Assembly: GCA_038087875.1 (NCBI GenBank)
Contig: CM075989.1
Location: forward strand, 17,856,001-17,920,000
Length of the DNA: 64,000 nucleotides
DNA from: Malacoraja senta
Lineage: Eukaryota
Direction of reading: 5' to 3'
The position numbers were made by a program, and so were the translations under genes. Under the pieces are notes generated by a model. That model was not told the DNA's origin. It saw nothing but the letters and a program-made list of their open reading frames with translations, and ran no database searches. Below, piece by piece: positions 38,414 through 52,758 of the stretch. Within the stretch, counting starts at the first letter, position 1. Each line of letters starts with the position of its first letter.

Positions 38414-38455
38414 TTGTAAATCTGTACTCATCCTCTCGTCTTCGGATTTCTAACT
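38414..38455 (-). CDS. CLPX: CLPX exon 6, 42 nt (ELEIRRREDEYRFT)
   Basis: Acceptor TTTCTCTAG|AG, donor ACAA|GTAAGT; symmetric phase 1; peptide matches remembered vertebrate CLPX. Confidence 0.92.
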
Positions 38456-39024
38456 CTAGAGAAAGGTTAGAAATAATATCAAAGAGCGAACTATCTAAAG
38501 GAAGCAACAGGCATTAATGAGCGTTCAGTCTGCACATTCAATAAAGATATTTGTGGCATATTGCTGCTTTTACAAGATTACAGACCTGATGCAGTTAACA
38601 TACAGAAGATTTTAAAGCTCTGTTCAATGGAAACATGGTTAAAATAATGCATACAAGTTGAGACCAACACAAAACTGATTTTTGAATCAGCAAATACAAT
38701 GATTTCCATTACAATTTTGAGAGGGGCAAAAATGGTCTTAATAAAACCAAGACACAACTCAAATTCAATTGCTGCAATCGCTCAGCATATAATAGACATC
38801 AATTAACATTGTACTTCATGAGCAATGAAGCAGTAAGACTTGGCCATAATATTCTTCTGGCCCATCCCATCATTCAACAAAGTTGTTACTCATTCTATGC
38901 CTTGATAATTCTGATGCCTAATCCCCACATCTTCCGATTTCCAGAAATCTATCATCTTAGCTTTAAACATTCTCAGTGACCGAGGATCCAAAGACTTATA
39001 ACCAGCTGCATAACAAAATTTCTG

Positions 39025-39256
39025 TGCAGGAAGGAACTGCAGACGCTGGTTTACACCAAAGATAAACCAAAATGCTGGAGTAACTCAATGGGATAGGCAG
39101 CGTTTCTGGAGAGAAGAAAGGGGTGACGTTTCAGGTCAAGGCCCTTCTTCAGACACGGCTCCCAAGAAGGGTCTCGACTCGAAACGTCACCCATTCCTTT
39201 CCTCCGGAGATGCTCTCTGTCGTGCTGAGCTACTCCAGCATTTTGTATCTATCTTT
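39025..39256. mobile_element. Inverted pair of Penelope terminal motifs
   Basis: ...GGGTGACGTTTCAGGTCAAGGCCCTTCTTCAG-spacer-AAGAAGGGTCTCGACTCGAAACGTCACCC... with complementary flanks. Confidence 0.7.
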
Positions 39257-42200
39257 AAATTAATTTCTCCTCATTTAATTCATAGGTGGCCAACCCTTCA
39301 ATCTCATTTAAAGCATCACAGTTCCAACTTCGCCATCCATAGGACACAACCCAGAAACTGTCCTTCTCGGATTCATGGGTTCAGGCAAACCTATGAATTG
39401 GCAGCAGAATCAGTTCCTCAACTCTGCTCTGTCATTCAACAAGATCATAATTTATCTGACTGTAGCTTCTGTTCCGCTATCCCATCAAGCTTCAATAGAC
39501 TTTCATCCACTTGCTTATCAGAAACTATCCGTCTCTGCTTTAAAAATATTCAGAGACACGGTTTCCAACACCCTTTGGAGAAGAATTCCAAATACTCATC
39601 ACACTGAGGAAAAACAGCTTAACATCTCACCTTTATTATTATGTAGTGACCCCTCATTCTAAATTCTCTCACAAGAGAATCACAAACATCCTCTCCAAAT
39701 CCACCCAGTCAAGACCTCCTCAGGATCTCATAATTCAATCAAGTCATATCGTGCCTTCTAAGCTTCATTGGATAAAACCCGAGTCTGTTTTACCGGTACT
39801 TGGAAGGCAACCCACCATCCCAGCTGTCCATCTCAACAAAACCTTACCTCAACTGCTTCCAACTCAATAACATCAGTCTTTAAATAAATTAATACAGTAC
39901 CGCATACTCCAGATGCAGCCTCATCAAAGCTTATACTGTACAACCGAAGAACAATCTTCCTTTTGTATTCAATTCACTGAGCAACAATAACGTTGTTACC
40001 TTTCCAAATAACTTGCTATACATGTAATCTTACGAACATGCATGAGGGCACTCAAATCCAATGAATAAACAACCTCCCATTTTCCCACATTATATGCTAT
40101 TTCCCAAATATTCACCTATTCATTTAACTATTCACTATATATATACTCCTTATTTCCTCTTCACAATCTTACTCTTGGGTCATGAACATATTTAGCAATC
40201 ATACCTTTGACAGTTGAGGCCCTAGCACCAAACCCAGCAACATATTACTCATTACATCTTGCCAGGCAATAAATTATGCCTACTGTGTTTCCTCCTGGCT
40301 GCTCACTCTCAGTCAACACCTGTTACCTGCTATATCAAGGGCTTTTTTAATCTACAATAATATTTGATGCAGCACTTCGATACAGTTTTATAACTTCATC
40401 ACAAGACAGTAAGATTCAAAGTTTAAGCGAATAAAGGTCAACCGTAGTAAACTTTTATTAACAGGAAGAAATTGTACCGAGTCAAAGGCGTGCACCCACT
40501 TCTTTTTAAGTACTGAGAAGAATCTTTGCGTATTGGTCTTAAGAAGGCCATCAAATTACCTGTCAGACTTGCCTCCTTTTGTACCGTGCCTCCTCCAATA
40601 AAGGGCAACATATAATTTTTCTTCCAAAACAACTTGCAACAACTGCATGCCTACCTTCTATTCCTCATGAATGGATGTAAAAAAATCTAAGAAAATTTCT
40701 AATTCTCTAACTTGATTATAACAGATCACACTAATGTATAGTTCCTTAATTAAATCATTTACAATAAGTTCTTCAAAAAACTGCAATTGGAATTTAGGTA
40801 CATTAAAATAAAAGGGTCGTTGAGTTTTTCTTCATAACGTATTTGTCTTTTATTTCTATACTTAGAAATTCCAAATTTTTCAAATAACAAAAATGAGGAA
40901 TATGAGGAGTTAGAGGATCCCCAAAAGTAATAATCTAAACATGCCACTCAGTAGTTGAAAGAACAGATAGAAGCAAGACAGTTCACACTGGAAGTTAGAC
41001 ACAAGTAGCTGTACATGTCACAGCTGAAGTTGAAATGAGTACACAGAGCTTGAAGCATGCCAAATCACAACATAGCAGAGATAAGTAAAGCAAACAGAAT
41101 TTTGAATGACTAAATAGAGCTGTTTACAATTCAGAAAAATACATAATTATATTATATATTGTTCAAGTAATGGTAGAGCTTAGGTCCCAAAATAGTGCCA
41201 TCCTCTGCCACACCTGCTGGACATACAAGGGTTTCTATATCTACAAATAGAAGCCATGTGGTTTGTTGGGGTTCCTTCTCCCAGACTGATCTGTCTTCCC
41301 AGGCTACACAGAGAAACAAGCCCCAGGGAATCACCTGCAACTAAGGTAAATTGTTCACCTAGATGCAGAATGCTTCCAATCTTATCTCTCCAGCAGATAA
41401 ACACACTTTTAAAGTTAACTTTTCAATCTATTTGTTTGATCAGCATGTAGTAAAGGATTTTGTACCATCGTATATATTCAAAATAAATACAGATGGTTGC
41501 TGGGATCATAAGCCACAAAGATTCATTAGCTCACCCTTTGCACAATGCACATGATTCTGGGAACTTTGCTTCAGAACATTTCTGTACACAAAGGGCAATG
41601 TTCCAGGTGAATGACTGGTCAACAATAAGGCAGGCAGACACTAAAGTCTGAATGTTCACAATTGGCAATGCATGTAAACATTTGAACTTTATTAAAACAA
41701 AAGTTAAAAAATAACATACAAAATTTCAGCTCATGTTCTTGCTAGAATTAAGACAATTTACTTTCAACTTAACCAACACTTGCAGCAGTTGGAATTAATA
41801 GATCTCAATTAAATATCAAAAACAGTGATTACAGCATACTTTTAAAATCAAATATTGAAAATGTTTAGTATCAGTTTATATTCATTCGGAAAACAATTAT
41901 GCTTTGCAGTGAAATTATAAATATTAATTTAGTTAATATTTTTCAGCGCATAGCAATAATTAACACTTTAAATGTATTTTGCCGCTAAAACAAAATTTGT
42001 GACGTGGAACCTTTGGATTGTTTCAATAACTGCTGATAATTGCTGTAAATGGCATGAAAACTGTTGGTAATCATTTAGCGCGACTATTCCTTGTGAATGC
42101 TTTGATAATTTATTCAATGTTTAGCGACATACAAACTATATACATTATGGATTTTCTTGAAATGTTTTACATTTCAGGTAACATCATTACTTCCTGATAA

Positions 42201-42684
42201 TTTAAAAAAAAATAAAAATATAGGACCTGAAAATTTTGCAACAATACCCGTTTTTAATATATTTTTTATCTACTGTTACTCACCAAACTGTTCTTTATTA
42301 TCTTACAAATAGAACAGTATTAAACAAATCTTTTTGTCATTAATTTAATGTTTTATACAAATTGCTTTCCTATCTTCATGGCATAGTTTTCTGACACACT
42401 CCGTTTGATTTCTTCAAACAGAAATTTATGCTCAGATAATGAAAAAGCCCAACACAAACATGCACTTCAATCACTTTAGGTAACTAGACACCAGCTTGAA
42501 AACTATTAAACATCATAAAAAAACCACCAGTGCAGTGCAGATGGTCTATAGGTGTATCAGTGACATACACTTTAATGCTTATGTCAACTGTAAAAATGAA
42601 GACCTTTCTCACTGCATATACCCCCACCCCACTCCCTGTCACCAATGAAACACCGTCAGTGTTTAGTTGGACCTCCTTTGATAG

Positions 42685-43350
42685 AATAGTACAGCACAAC
42701 AGGCCCTTCAGCCCACAGTATCTATGCTGAATACGATTCCAAGACTAACTCTTATCTGCCTGCACATAATCCATATCCCTCCATATCCACATGCTAAAAG
42801 TCTCTTAAATGCCACGATCATATCTGCCTCACACACCTCCTCTGGCAGCATGTTCCTTGCACTCACTACCCACTGTGTTATAAATTTGCCCTGCACATCT
42901 CCTTTAAACTTTGTTTCTCTCACCTTAAACCTCTGCCCCTTTGTATTAGATTTTTACATCCTGGGAAAAAGGTTCTGACCATCTACCAAGTCTATGCCTT
43001 TCATAATTTTATATACTTCTATCAGGTCTCCACGCAATCTCTGGAGTTCCAGAGAAAAAAAATCCAAGCCTGTCCGACCTCTCTCTGTAGCTAATACCCA
43101 CTAATCCAGGCATAATTTTGGTAAACCTCCTTTGCACCCTTTTCAAAGCCTCCACGTCCTTCCAGTAATGGGCGACAGGAACTGCATGCGATACTCCAAA
43201 TGTGGCCCAACCAAAGTCCTACAAACCTGCATCATGACTTTCTGACTCGTGCTCAATGCCCTGACCTAGGAAAGCCAGCATACCATATGTCTTCTTTACC
43301 ACACTATCTACTTGTGTTGCCACGTTCAGGGAGTTATGGAGTTTGACCCA
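42685..43350 (-). mobile_element. CR1-type LINE fragment
   Basis: ORF 42708..42923 (KFKGDVQGKF.TQ.VV...N.LPEEV.EA) and an upstream RPHLEY remnant. Confidence 0.8.
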
Positions 43351-43807
43351 ATATTACTAAATAGCGATCCAATCTGTGAGCAACGGACTCTCCAATGAGA
43401 CTGGTGGAGAATCACTAACCACTTTGTAGTATCAGCCAATATCTTAAACAGGAAAGAATTTTCCCACTTGGAACTAGACTACAGTTCCTATTTCTTCTAA
43501 TTAATCTACTAATTACTTCAATATATATATACAGATAATCATGCCTTTTGGGAAAACAACTTGAAATGATTGCCATTTGGATTCAAATATCGACAGCAGG
43601 TTGAAGACAAGACTGATGACATTATTAAATAAAACGGAGTACTTTTCATGAGCCAGTGTTCCACACTCAATTAAAAAAAAATGAATTTATTCAATGTAAA
43701 AATGCATTAGAGTTAGAATAGACACAAACGGCTAAACAGCCTTACACTGCGATTTTACACCATGTTCTCTCTTGATTACATCATTCTACTGTTTAGCTTT
43801 TACATTC

Positions 43808-44306
43808 ATACATAGATACATAGATACATAGAAAATAGGTGCAGGAGTAGGCCATTCGGCCCTTCGAGCCTGCACCGCCATTCAATACGATCATGGCTGA
43901 TCATCCAACTCAGTATCCCGTACCTGCCTTCTCTCCATACCCCCTGATCCCTTTAGCCACAAGGGCCACATCTAATTCCTTCTTAAATATAGCCAATGAA
44001 CTGGCCTCAACTACCCTCTGTGGCAGAGAGTTCCAGAGATTCACCACTCTCTGTGTGAAAAAGTTTTTCCTCATCTCGGTCCTAAAGGATTTCCCCCTTA
44101 TCCTTAAGCTGTGACCCCTTGTCCTGGACTTCACCAACATCGGGAACAATCTTCCTGCATCTAGCCTGTCCAACCCCATAAGAATCTTGTACGTTTCTAT
44201 AAGATCCCCTCTCAATCTCCTAAATTCTAGCGAGTATAAGCCAAGTCTATCCAGTCTTTCTTCATATGAAAGACCTGACATCCCAGGAATCAGTCTGGTG
44301 AACCTT
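43808..44306 (-). mobile_element. Young CR1-type LINE 3' end
   Basis: Uninterrupted 123-aa ORF2 C-terminus (43910..44281); (TATGTATC)n tail. Confidence 0.9.
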
Positions 44307-46029
44307 TGGTGTATGAACTGTTAACATTTGCATTTCCCACAGAGATGTGGATTTGTTTCCTTTAACCCTGCTGCAGTTACCTCCTTGTGCCAGATGAGGA
44401 AAGTAAACAATTATACTTCTCCGTTCAATGGCGTAGGATAGATTTCCCCCCTCTCCCTCCCCTCAACCCACTCCCAATATCAAAAATGTAGTTTACCTCA
44501 GATCTTTCCATCCCACCTACAGTCTACAAATCAGCTGGATTATTTCACAAAGCAGCACCTTGCAAATGTAAACCATTACTCGCTCATGCATGGTTGGTAT
44601 TCTCTACGTTAGATCTACAGCTCCAATCAATGAAGTAAACATTTGTTCCCACTGCAACCTTAGATTCAAATCTTCTTCACACTAAATGCAGAGTCTCTTT
44701 ATGTCTCTGATGGAGTCACTATACAATCCTACTCGGGCTGGGCTGCATCACTGTCATGAGCACAAGTCAAATGCACACGTAGTTTTCAATTTGGGCTTGC
44801 TCAAACAAATAAGGAAATGTTGGATAGTTAATCCGTCTTTCATTTTTTACCTTTACCGATTTGACAGACAAAGTAGGCGTATAGCTGGTATGTGCTGGTT
44901 CTGATCAATCCCAGCCGCCCCCTTTCCACCCTCTCTTCTTCATACACCAATGTGACTTGACATATCACAATTTTTCTACATACATTCCTGGAGTGAACTC
45001 CATAACTCCCACCCAACAGCACAGGAAGCTTCATCACAAAGATTGTAGCACTTTAAGGCGCATGGTGTTCACCAGCTCAAGGGCAGTAGGCCAGGGTAAT
45101 AAATGCCATTGAGGCCCATATTCTGAGGGGAGCTGGTTGAGGATGTGGGGACATGACCAGTTTCAGAGGATTGCTTCATAAATACCAAATAACATATTTT
45201 GCCCTCCTATTTTCAAATGACAAAGGATAAAGTTTTTAATACCGATTCGTCCATTTTACACAGCAGGAGATAGCATGAAAATAAATGTCATTTGAAAAGT
45301 TTCAAAAATTAATGACTTCAAAAACTCCTATAATTATTTTTTTCAAGATATATGAAGTACCATTTTTGAAATCTTTTTCTTCTTCCCTCTTTCCCTCAGC
45401 CTCACCTCCCTGCCAAGTTCTGCATAATACCGAATTAATTTGCAGAACACAAAATTAAAAAATCTTATTATCGCGCAACATAAACAAAATTAACTATTCA
45501 TTTAACCTTGATGGTTTAATGACATTCTTCTTGTGAAAGAGCAAGCATAAAAACAGGCAGAAAGTTGGCAAGCAAATCAAATTTTGAAATCAGGTTAACG
45601 GAATATTACACAATTAATCTTTGACGTTAAATTCTCGATCCTTTGAATGTCAATTTACAGACAGATTGTTCTAAAATAAAGTCAGAAGAATTATGCCCCT
45701 GCTGGAATTTTGCTTTCTGCAGATGTGTCAAACAAAATGAATATAAATTTGTTCCAGCAAAAAAATATGATGAACAATGAAACCATCCAGCACATGATCA
45801 GCAAAATGATCATCCTGATCAGCAAAATGATTCATCATCTATCAGCCACATCCCCCTGCAAAACATCTGGCTGAAACAGAATCATACAGCTCACAATCTG
45901 GGCATGACCCAGGATGAGCTTCTGATCGCACAGCACTTCAAGATGGCGCCCAACCCAGGCTACCCTTTCTGTGCCAGTCATAGAAGTAGGTCTGCAAGCA
46001 TACATTACAATCTTATTTTAAAAAAAATC

Positions 46030-46400
46030 TTAAAGGATTGGACAGGCTAGATGCAGGAAGAATGTTCCCGATGTTGGGGGAGTCCAGAACCAGGGGTCAC
46101 AGTATAAGAATAAGGGGTAGGCCATTTAGGACTGAGATGAGGAAAAACGTCTTCACCCAGAGAGTTCTGAATCTGTGGAATTCTCTGCCGCAGAAGGCAG
46201 TGGAGGCTAATTCACTGGATGCTTTCAAGAGAGTTAGATTTAGCTCTTAGGGCTAAAGGAATCAAGGGATATGGGGAAAAGCAGGAACGGGGTACTGATT
46301 TTAGATGAGTAGCCAGGATCATATTGAATGGTGGTGCTGGCTCGAAGGGCCGAATGGCCTACTCCTGCACTTTTTTTTGGCTATGTTTTTCTATGTTTCT
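46030..46400 (+). mobile_element. CR1-type LINE 3' end
   Basis: ORF 46038..46250 DRLDAGRMFPMLGESRTRGH...; CTATGTTT tail. Confidence 0.85.
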
Positions 46401-48103
46401 AATCGCTCCACTCTTTAAAATCTCTACTCCTAACTGTTCACCGTGAATGGCTTGATTGTAATCATGTAGTGTATTTCCGCTGACTGGCTAGCACACAACA
46501 AATAAATTAAAGTAAACATCGGCAACATCACAAAGATCAGTGATGCAATATTATGCGACTTCCTTCAGGACACCCCTCAAAACCTATGCCTGACCAAGCT
46601 TGTTGCCTACTGCAAATAACGCCTCAATTGATTCCGTGCTAGAATTTGTTTAATTGTACTTCCATAAAGGATCTTATTAATATCTGACGGAGCTACAAAA
46701 ATACCAACAGTTGCAGCTCACAAAAAGATGCAAATCCAGCAACTGTGTACAATGATTTTTCCAAGAATAATCAGACTTTTAAATTTCCCAGTCTGATTAT
46801 GTAAGTGGAAACTACCTGGAGAATGATGTTTGTTTAAAAACGTGGATAATTGTTTACTGTCCATCAAAGTCAGGATAATGGATTAGTCGTAATAACAGAA
46901 GCTTTGATTAACTAACTAATCACTGCGGTTTATTCTGGAAATTGATGCATTAAATTGATTCTAGTTGAAACAACATATAGCAGTTTGTGAATGTATATGA
47001 TTGGCTATCTCACAGATGAGGAAGCCAGGGTGAGCTTTCACTTTCCGCAATAGTTGTGGATCCAGCTGTCATAACACACAACGTGACCTTATTCACATAC
47101 TGTGTGGCAATGCTGATAAGAAATGTCTTCAGCTGGATTTTTAATACCCAAGTCATAATCAGCTTGAACATCACACATCTTTAGCTTACAGTGCTACTCT
47201 AATGTCAAGAACAGAAGAATAACTTCAGAGTTTTAGAACATTCCAGCATAGAATAATGACGGGGAGTGCAGTCAGCAAGGAAGTTTGCAAGAACAGCATT
47301 CATGACATTATCTCATATTTTCTTATGTCACAGGAGGCTATTTGGTCCATCTAGACTATGCCAATTATCAGAGCAATCCCATTCCCTCATCTATTCCCCA
47401 GTAATCCATTCTCTCTCTCGTGCCCATCAATTCCACCCACTTCTGTTGACATTGATTGATTACAAACCTAAACTGACACAAATATGCAGAAAATAAATTA
47501 AGACATTCGCAAGAGGTTGAGACATAAATCTGCATAAATCAGTCACTCCATGTTTCACCTATTAACTTGAATCATGTATATGAAGATGAATCATCTTTTT
47601 CAATGTGCAAAAATCAATGAAGCAAGCATCCTGTAATTTACAGGTCACGTTTATGCAACGACAAGAATGCAAATAAGAAATTGTTGATTACAATCAAGAT
47701 TTACAAATGATTCTATTTTAAATTGTCTTCTGCCATATAGGTTTTATTGGCAGTGGGTTATATGGGCTGATTGCATGCTTCTCAACATTTACAATTTAAA
47801 TTATTCTATCCCGATTTTCAATTTGTTTGGACAATTAGCTTGCTTGCACCCATTCTCCAGAATCACTGGCCTTTGTAATAAATGGAGCACAGCAGGGTAG
47901 CAGTGTCTATTTTGTTCAACATTCATCAATAGGATAAATTACAACTCTCAAAGCGGAATATTAATGAATCTGCAAATATTACTTTTGAACACCAGTAATT
48001 GAAAAATATAAATAAATTAGTGATACCAGCACCAACTCCAGTTCAATTCAGGCTATGTACTATGAACATTATCAACCCGATGAGAGAGACGGTACATACT
48101 AAC

Positions 48104-48263
48104 CACGAGGCGTCAGGGAGGCCTGTTTCTCCACTTCTGTTTGCTGCCTCAAGGTAGTTGGAATATTGTTGTGAATGCGCTTGTAATGGTTGTACACTGC
48201 GACTGAAAGCACTTTCTTAGCATAGGACTGACCAACTACATATTTGTCGAGATAACTGTATAT
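48104..48263 (-). CDS. CLPX: CLPX exon 5 ([12 protein letters not shown]...ASLTPR)
   Basis: Within ORF 48099..48311; acceptor TTTCAG|ATA, donor CGTG|GTTAGT. Confidence 0.96.
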
Positions 48264-48439
48264 CTGAAACAAAATTAGAATAAGACTTTCGTGAGGATAC
48301 TTCAACGGCAATCAGACTTTTGAACATTTGGATACACTGCAAAGCAATCATACAAGCAGGGATTATAATACACAAGTACCCACATAATACTAGAACTGAA
48401 GAAAACTCAATTATGTAATTGAATAAGGGATGCACTGAA

Positions 48440-49000
48440 CATAGATACATAGAAAATAGGTGCAGGAGTAGGCCATTCGGCCCTTCGAGCCTGCACCGCC
48501 ATTCAATATGATCATGGCTGATCATCCAACTCAGTATCCCGTACCTGCCTTCTCTCCATACCCCCTGATCCCTTTAGCCACAAGGGCCACATCTAACTCC
48601 CTCTTAAATATAGCCAATGAACTGGCCTCAACTACCCTCTGTGGCAGAGAGTTCCAGAGATTCACCACTCTCTGTGTGAAAAAGTTTTTTCTCATCTCGG
48701 TCTTAAAGGATTTCCCCCTTATCCTTAAGCTGTGACCCCTTGTCCTGGACTTCCCCAACATCGGGAACAATCTTCCTGCATCTAGCCTGTCCAACCCCAT
48801 AAGAATTTTGTACGTTTCTATAAGATCCCCTCTCAATCTCCTAAATTCTAGCGAATGTAAGCCAAGTCTATCCAGTCTTTCTTCATATGAAAGACCTGAC
48901 ATCCCAGCAATCAGTCTGGTGAACCTTCTCTGCACTCCCTCTATGGCTATAATGTCCTTCCTCAGATTTGGAGACCAAAACTGTACGCAATACTCCAGGT
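48440..49000 (-). mobile_element. Young CR1-type LINE 3' end with TGAACAT direct repeats at both ends
   Basis: Uninterrupted 134-aa ORF 48531..48935; TGAACAT at 48436-48442 and 49000-49006. Confidence 0.9.
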
Positions 49001-49297
49001 GAACATGAATAAATAATCATTCTTGGCAAATGCACATAAATTATATGTCACAAGTAGCAAATACGTCATGAGGTTTACACATAAACCATTTGAAGAATCA
49101 GCTGATCTAATCTATTTTAAAGTTAGTATTTATATAATTCATCAATTCAAAAATTACAAAAAATACTGCCTAGCACTTATATAGGTTAAATAACTTTCTT
49201 CCATACTTTGCTCAAGTGGCAGAATGCTGGCAGAAGCCAGGATGCAATTTCCAACCTGCTCTGAAGAATTATACAAGGGTACATGGGTAAATGTTAC

Positions 49298-49452
49298 CTT
49301 TTTAGGAGGTGGGGGTGGTTTCTGTTGAAAAGCGAGTTTCACAGCTTCAGCTGCTGATTCTGGTTCCTTATTTAAGCTCTTCTTGGAGTCTGTTTCAGAC
49401 AGCACCACAAAAAAATGGTGGCATTTTTCACATTTCACAAAGCGAGTTGAAG
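49298..49452 (-). CDS. CLPX: CLPX exon 4 ([14 protein letters not shown]...PPPPPKK)
   Basis: Within ORF 49154..49519; acceptor CCTCAG|CT, donor AAG|GTAACA. Confidence 0.96.
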
Positions 49453-51638
49453 CTGAGGATAAAATAATAAGACTTCCTAAAACATCGTTCCTCACTTCAG
49501 CTTTGATGGTTAGCTTCAATCAGTGTACCAATAACACATGCTAAACAATTATTATTTCAATATTTTCACTGCTAATTCTCCAAACTGGCAGATCCTCGAT
49601 GTTAACAAATGTCTGTTCGCTTTATGATAGCAAGTTGCTTTTCAGTTGAAGAAGTGACATGGCAGGAACAATATCATAAGCAGACTCACACAGGTATAAT
49701 CCCTCCTTTGCCAATAACTATGATGCAACAGTACAGGTTAGGATGTATCCACCAAACACGATGCAAATTCCCTCCTTTTTAGTTATATCACAAAACTAAT
49801 AGGGCAATACTGTGCAATTAATAACTCCACCACATGAACGGCAGTGTTTTATATCTCAAGTAATTAAAAACATATTTCATCTTTTATAAAAATAGGATAA
49901 ACTCTGGCACTGGTCAGCCACATTTTGAGTATTGTGAGCAGTGTCAAGTGTCAGAACCAGCACCAGTCATACCCTGAAAATGAGGTGCCAAAGTAGTGAA
50001 CACAGGACAGCTCGCATGCTGAACAACGGGTAAACAAGCTAAGCATTCATTGTGATTGTTCTTGAGCAGTCTAACATCGAGGAGCTGGCGGCCTCTTGAT
50101 GGGGATCGACCTCGGGGCTCCAACCGCAGGCGCCTGCGGACCTAACATCGTGGACCTCGCGGTCCCTTGGTTAGGGACCAACTTTGGGAGCTCCAACCGC
50201 CCCGATCCCGGGAGCTTTGATTGCCCCAACTGCAGATGGTTCAACTGCCCAGACCGAAGGAGAAAAGGAGGAAAAAGATAAGACTTTATTGCCTTCCATC
50301 ACAGTGAGGAATGTGGTGGAGCCGCTGTGGTGGATGTTTATGTTAAATTGTTTGTTTTTGTGTGTCTTGTTGTTATTTTTGGTATGACTGTATGGCAAAT
50401 CAAACTCTTTGTATGTAGCAAAACATACTTGGCTAATAAAATTACGATTATGATTATGAGATTACATCCCATCCATTGTACTGAACACCAGTGCTCCAGA
50501 GCTAGTCACACCTCCACCAGAGCTGCTCAAGAACAATCACATGCATTGAACTGACATGTGGAACGTCTCCCAGATATACCCTGTTCATGAAGTGCAGGAA
50601 AATCCAATCCAACTAATTACTGTGTAATCACTCTGTTCTCCAATCAGCCTCGGTTTCCATGTTGTAGAATGCACCCTGAACAGAAGCTGTATTAGTGACC
50701 CCCCCTCCGTCAAAGTGTTTTACAAACTATGGTCTTTTTCCATTTCAGATGAACAGCAATGTTAATATGGGGGAAATAATTTACTCCAAGCCTTCAGTTG
50801 AAGGTGATCCTAACCTCTACAAATTCAGATTTGAAGTACTGGCTAAATTCAGCTTTCTAACTTTAAAATAACGTAGAAATATTTGATCCTCTCTTTTAGA
50901 AGATGACAACTGAGCTTACTATCATCTCCCATCTTTCAGTCCAGAGGAAGGGAAAATGTCAACAACCCATTTCCTCTACAGATGCTGCCTGATCCACTGA
51001 GTTCCTCCAGCCGTTTTCTACTCCTGGAACTTTGAGAACCTCCTGATGTGATGTGTGGGAAGAGAAGTGATTACTCTAGCTGTACTGGCGCAGTTCAGCG
51101 AGATAAAAATAAAGCCAAACCATTGAACTGGAAAACCAAGGGCAAGCAATGAAAAGGTTCACAAGGAGGAATATACCACTGTGAAAGGAATAGATCACAA
51201 TAACAGTTCTTGATGACCATCTTGGAATTTTGCAGTGCATCAGGAAAGACAAAACCTGACAGGAGGAACTGAAACAATATCTATCAGATGGACGAGCATG
51301 GATGTACCATTAAAGATGATGAATTAAGATTTTGAAATAGAAAGGAAGACTTAAAATTTAATTTACAAAATGTAAATGCTGGATTTGACTTTGTATGTAA
51401 GTGGCATAGATCTTGAAAGAGAAGAGAATTATGTAAAAACCGAAGGAAACATTTCAGAAAACATGTAAAATATTTGTGGAATTTAGAACATTTAGCAGCA
51501 ATGGAAACAGATGCATTGGTGGTGTTGGTTTGAAATTCCTGTCCACACCCAAGGAACAGAGCAAGGCATTGAGGGATCTTTCCAAATAAAGTGGTAGAAA
51601 AGTATCTAAAGATAAAGTGAGGCGAACGTATTACTTAC

Positions 51639-51759
51639 AAACAAAGGTCTCCACGTGAGTGCATGGATCTCCACACTTTGGGCAGCGCAGCTGGTTTCCA
51701 CCTTTTCCTGAACTGCCTGAACCAGAAGATCGCCTGCTGCCCCCTTCACTGACAGACTT
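51639..51759 (-). CDS. CLPX: CLPX exon 3 (KSVSEGG...[19 protein letters not shown])
   Basis: Acceptor TACAG|AAG, donor T|GTAAGT; first CxxC. Confidence 0.95.
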
Positions 51760-52449
51760 CTGTAATGTGTCAGGAGTTCAATATTAGGGATTGGAAAGTC
51801 TACATTAAACATCCATCTCCCCATTTAGAAACTTTGGGTAAAGATCATAAATTTAACTTTATATATGTAAATAAATAGCACTATAGTAAATCCCAGGTAT
51901 AAAGTTCACATGAAAATGCTGCTTTATACACTGTCGTTATAGTTCTACAAAACAGTACTAAGAATATTTTTTGTTGACATAGCACTATTAACAGAGTAAA
52001 AAAATACCAGCACTACTGGAGTGGAGATATTAAGTAGCAGGGCCAAAACCTTTGTTAAAGAGGTAGGTTTTAAGGAACATCTTAAAGGTACAGTGATGTT
52101 TAGAAATGTTGAGCTTTGACAGCTTGAAGCATTGCTACAAGTGGTGAAGTAACTAAATTCAGTTAGAATTAGAGGAGATCATGTATCTCAAATGGTTATA
52201 AACCTGGGGTGATTTTAGAGATATGAAGGGAGAAAACAATAGATGAATTTTAAAGTGCTAGGATTCTAAAATCAAAGAGTTGTTTCTCTGGTAGCCAATT
52301 TAGGTCAGTATAACATGGAAATTGGTGAGCTGGACATGGTGCAAGTTAGGTCATTAACAGCAACGTTTTGAGAGATTGGAACTTTACACTGAGCAGCAAG
52401 GCATTTGAATCTCAAGACATTCAGGTTTCTTAGTCACCTAGAATCGTAC

Positions 52450-52607
52450 CTTGTTGCTATCTCCAGATGTATCTTTACCTCCATCTTTTGAAGCAAGCAC
52501 AGTAACTGTCTCATGAAATGCTCTCTTAAAAACGTTTCTTCCTCCCTGTGTTTCAAAGCCATTCAAGTTTCCCAAGAATGGGAAATGGAACCGCATGGAC
52601 GCATATC
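52450..52607 (-). CDS. CLPX: CLPX exon 2 (...FHETVTVLASKDGGKDTSGDSNK)
   Basis: Acceptor TTTTCTATTTCAG|GA, donor AAG|GTACGA; 158 nt. Confidence 0.9.
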
Positions 52608-52758
52608 CTGAAATAGAAAAGTTTCATTTTGCAGCTGCATAAATTGTGTATCCTAATTCCATTTTATTTCTCCCCTCACCCAACTGGTCATGTGGATAGC
52701 ACCATCAGATGAACAGATAAAAAATGGGCAGCTAGCCCTGCAAATGGCACGGTAATTA

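Noticed and set aside
40438-40632. Peptide VQKEASLTG before a donor, resembling the end of exon 5 ([10 protein letters not shown])
   Set aside because: The similarity is very short, the DNA match is poor, and I found no frame-compatible acceptor; not supportable as a duplicated exon.
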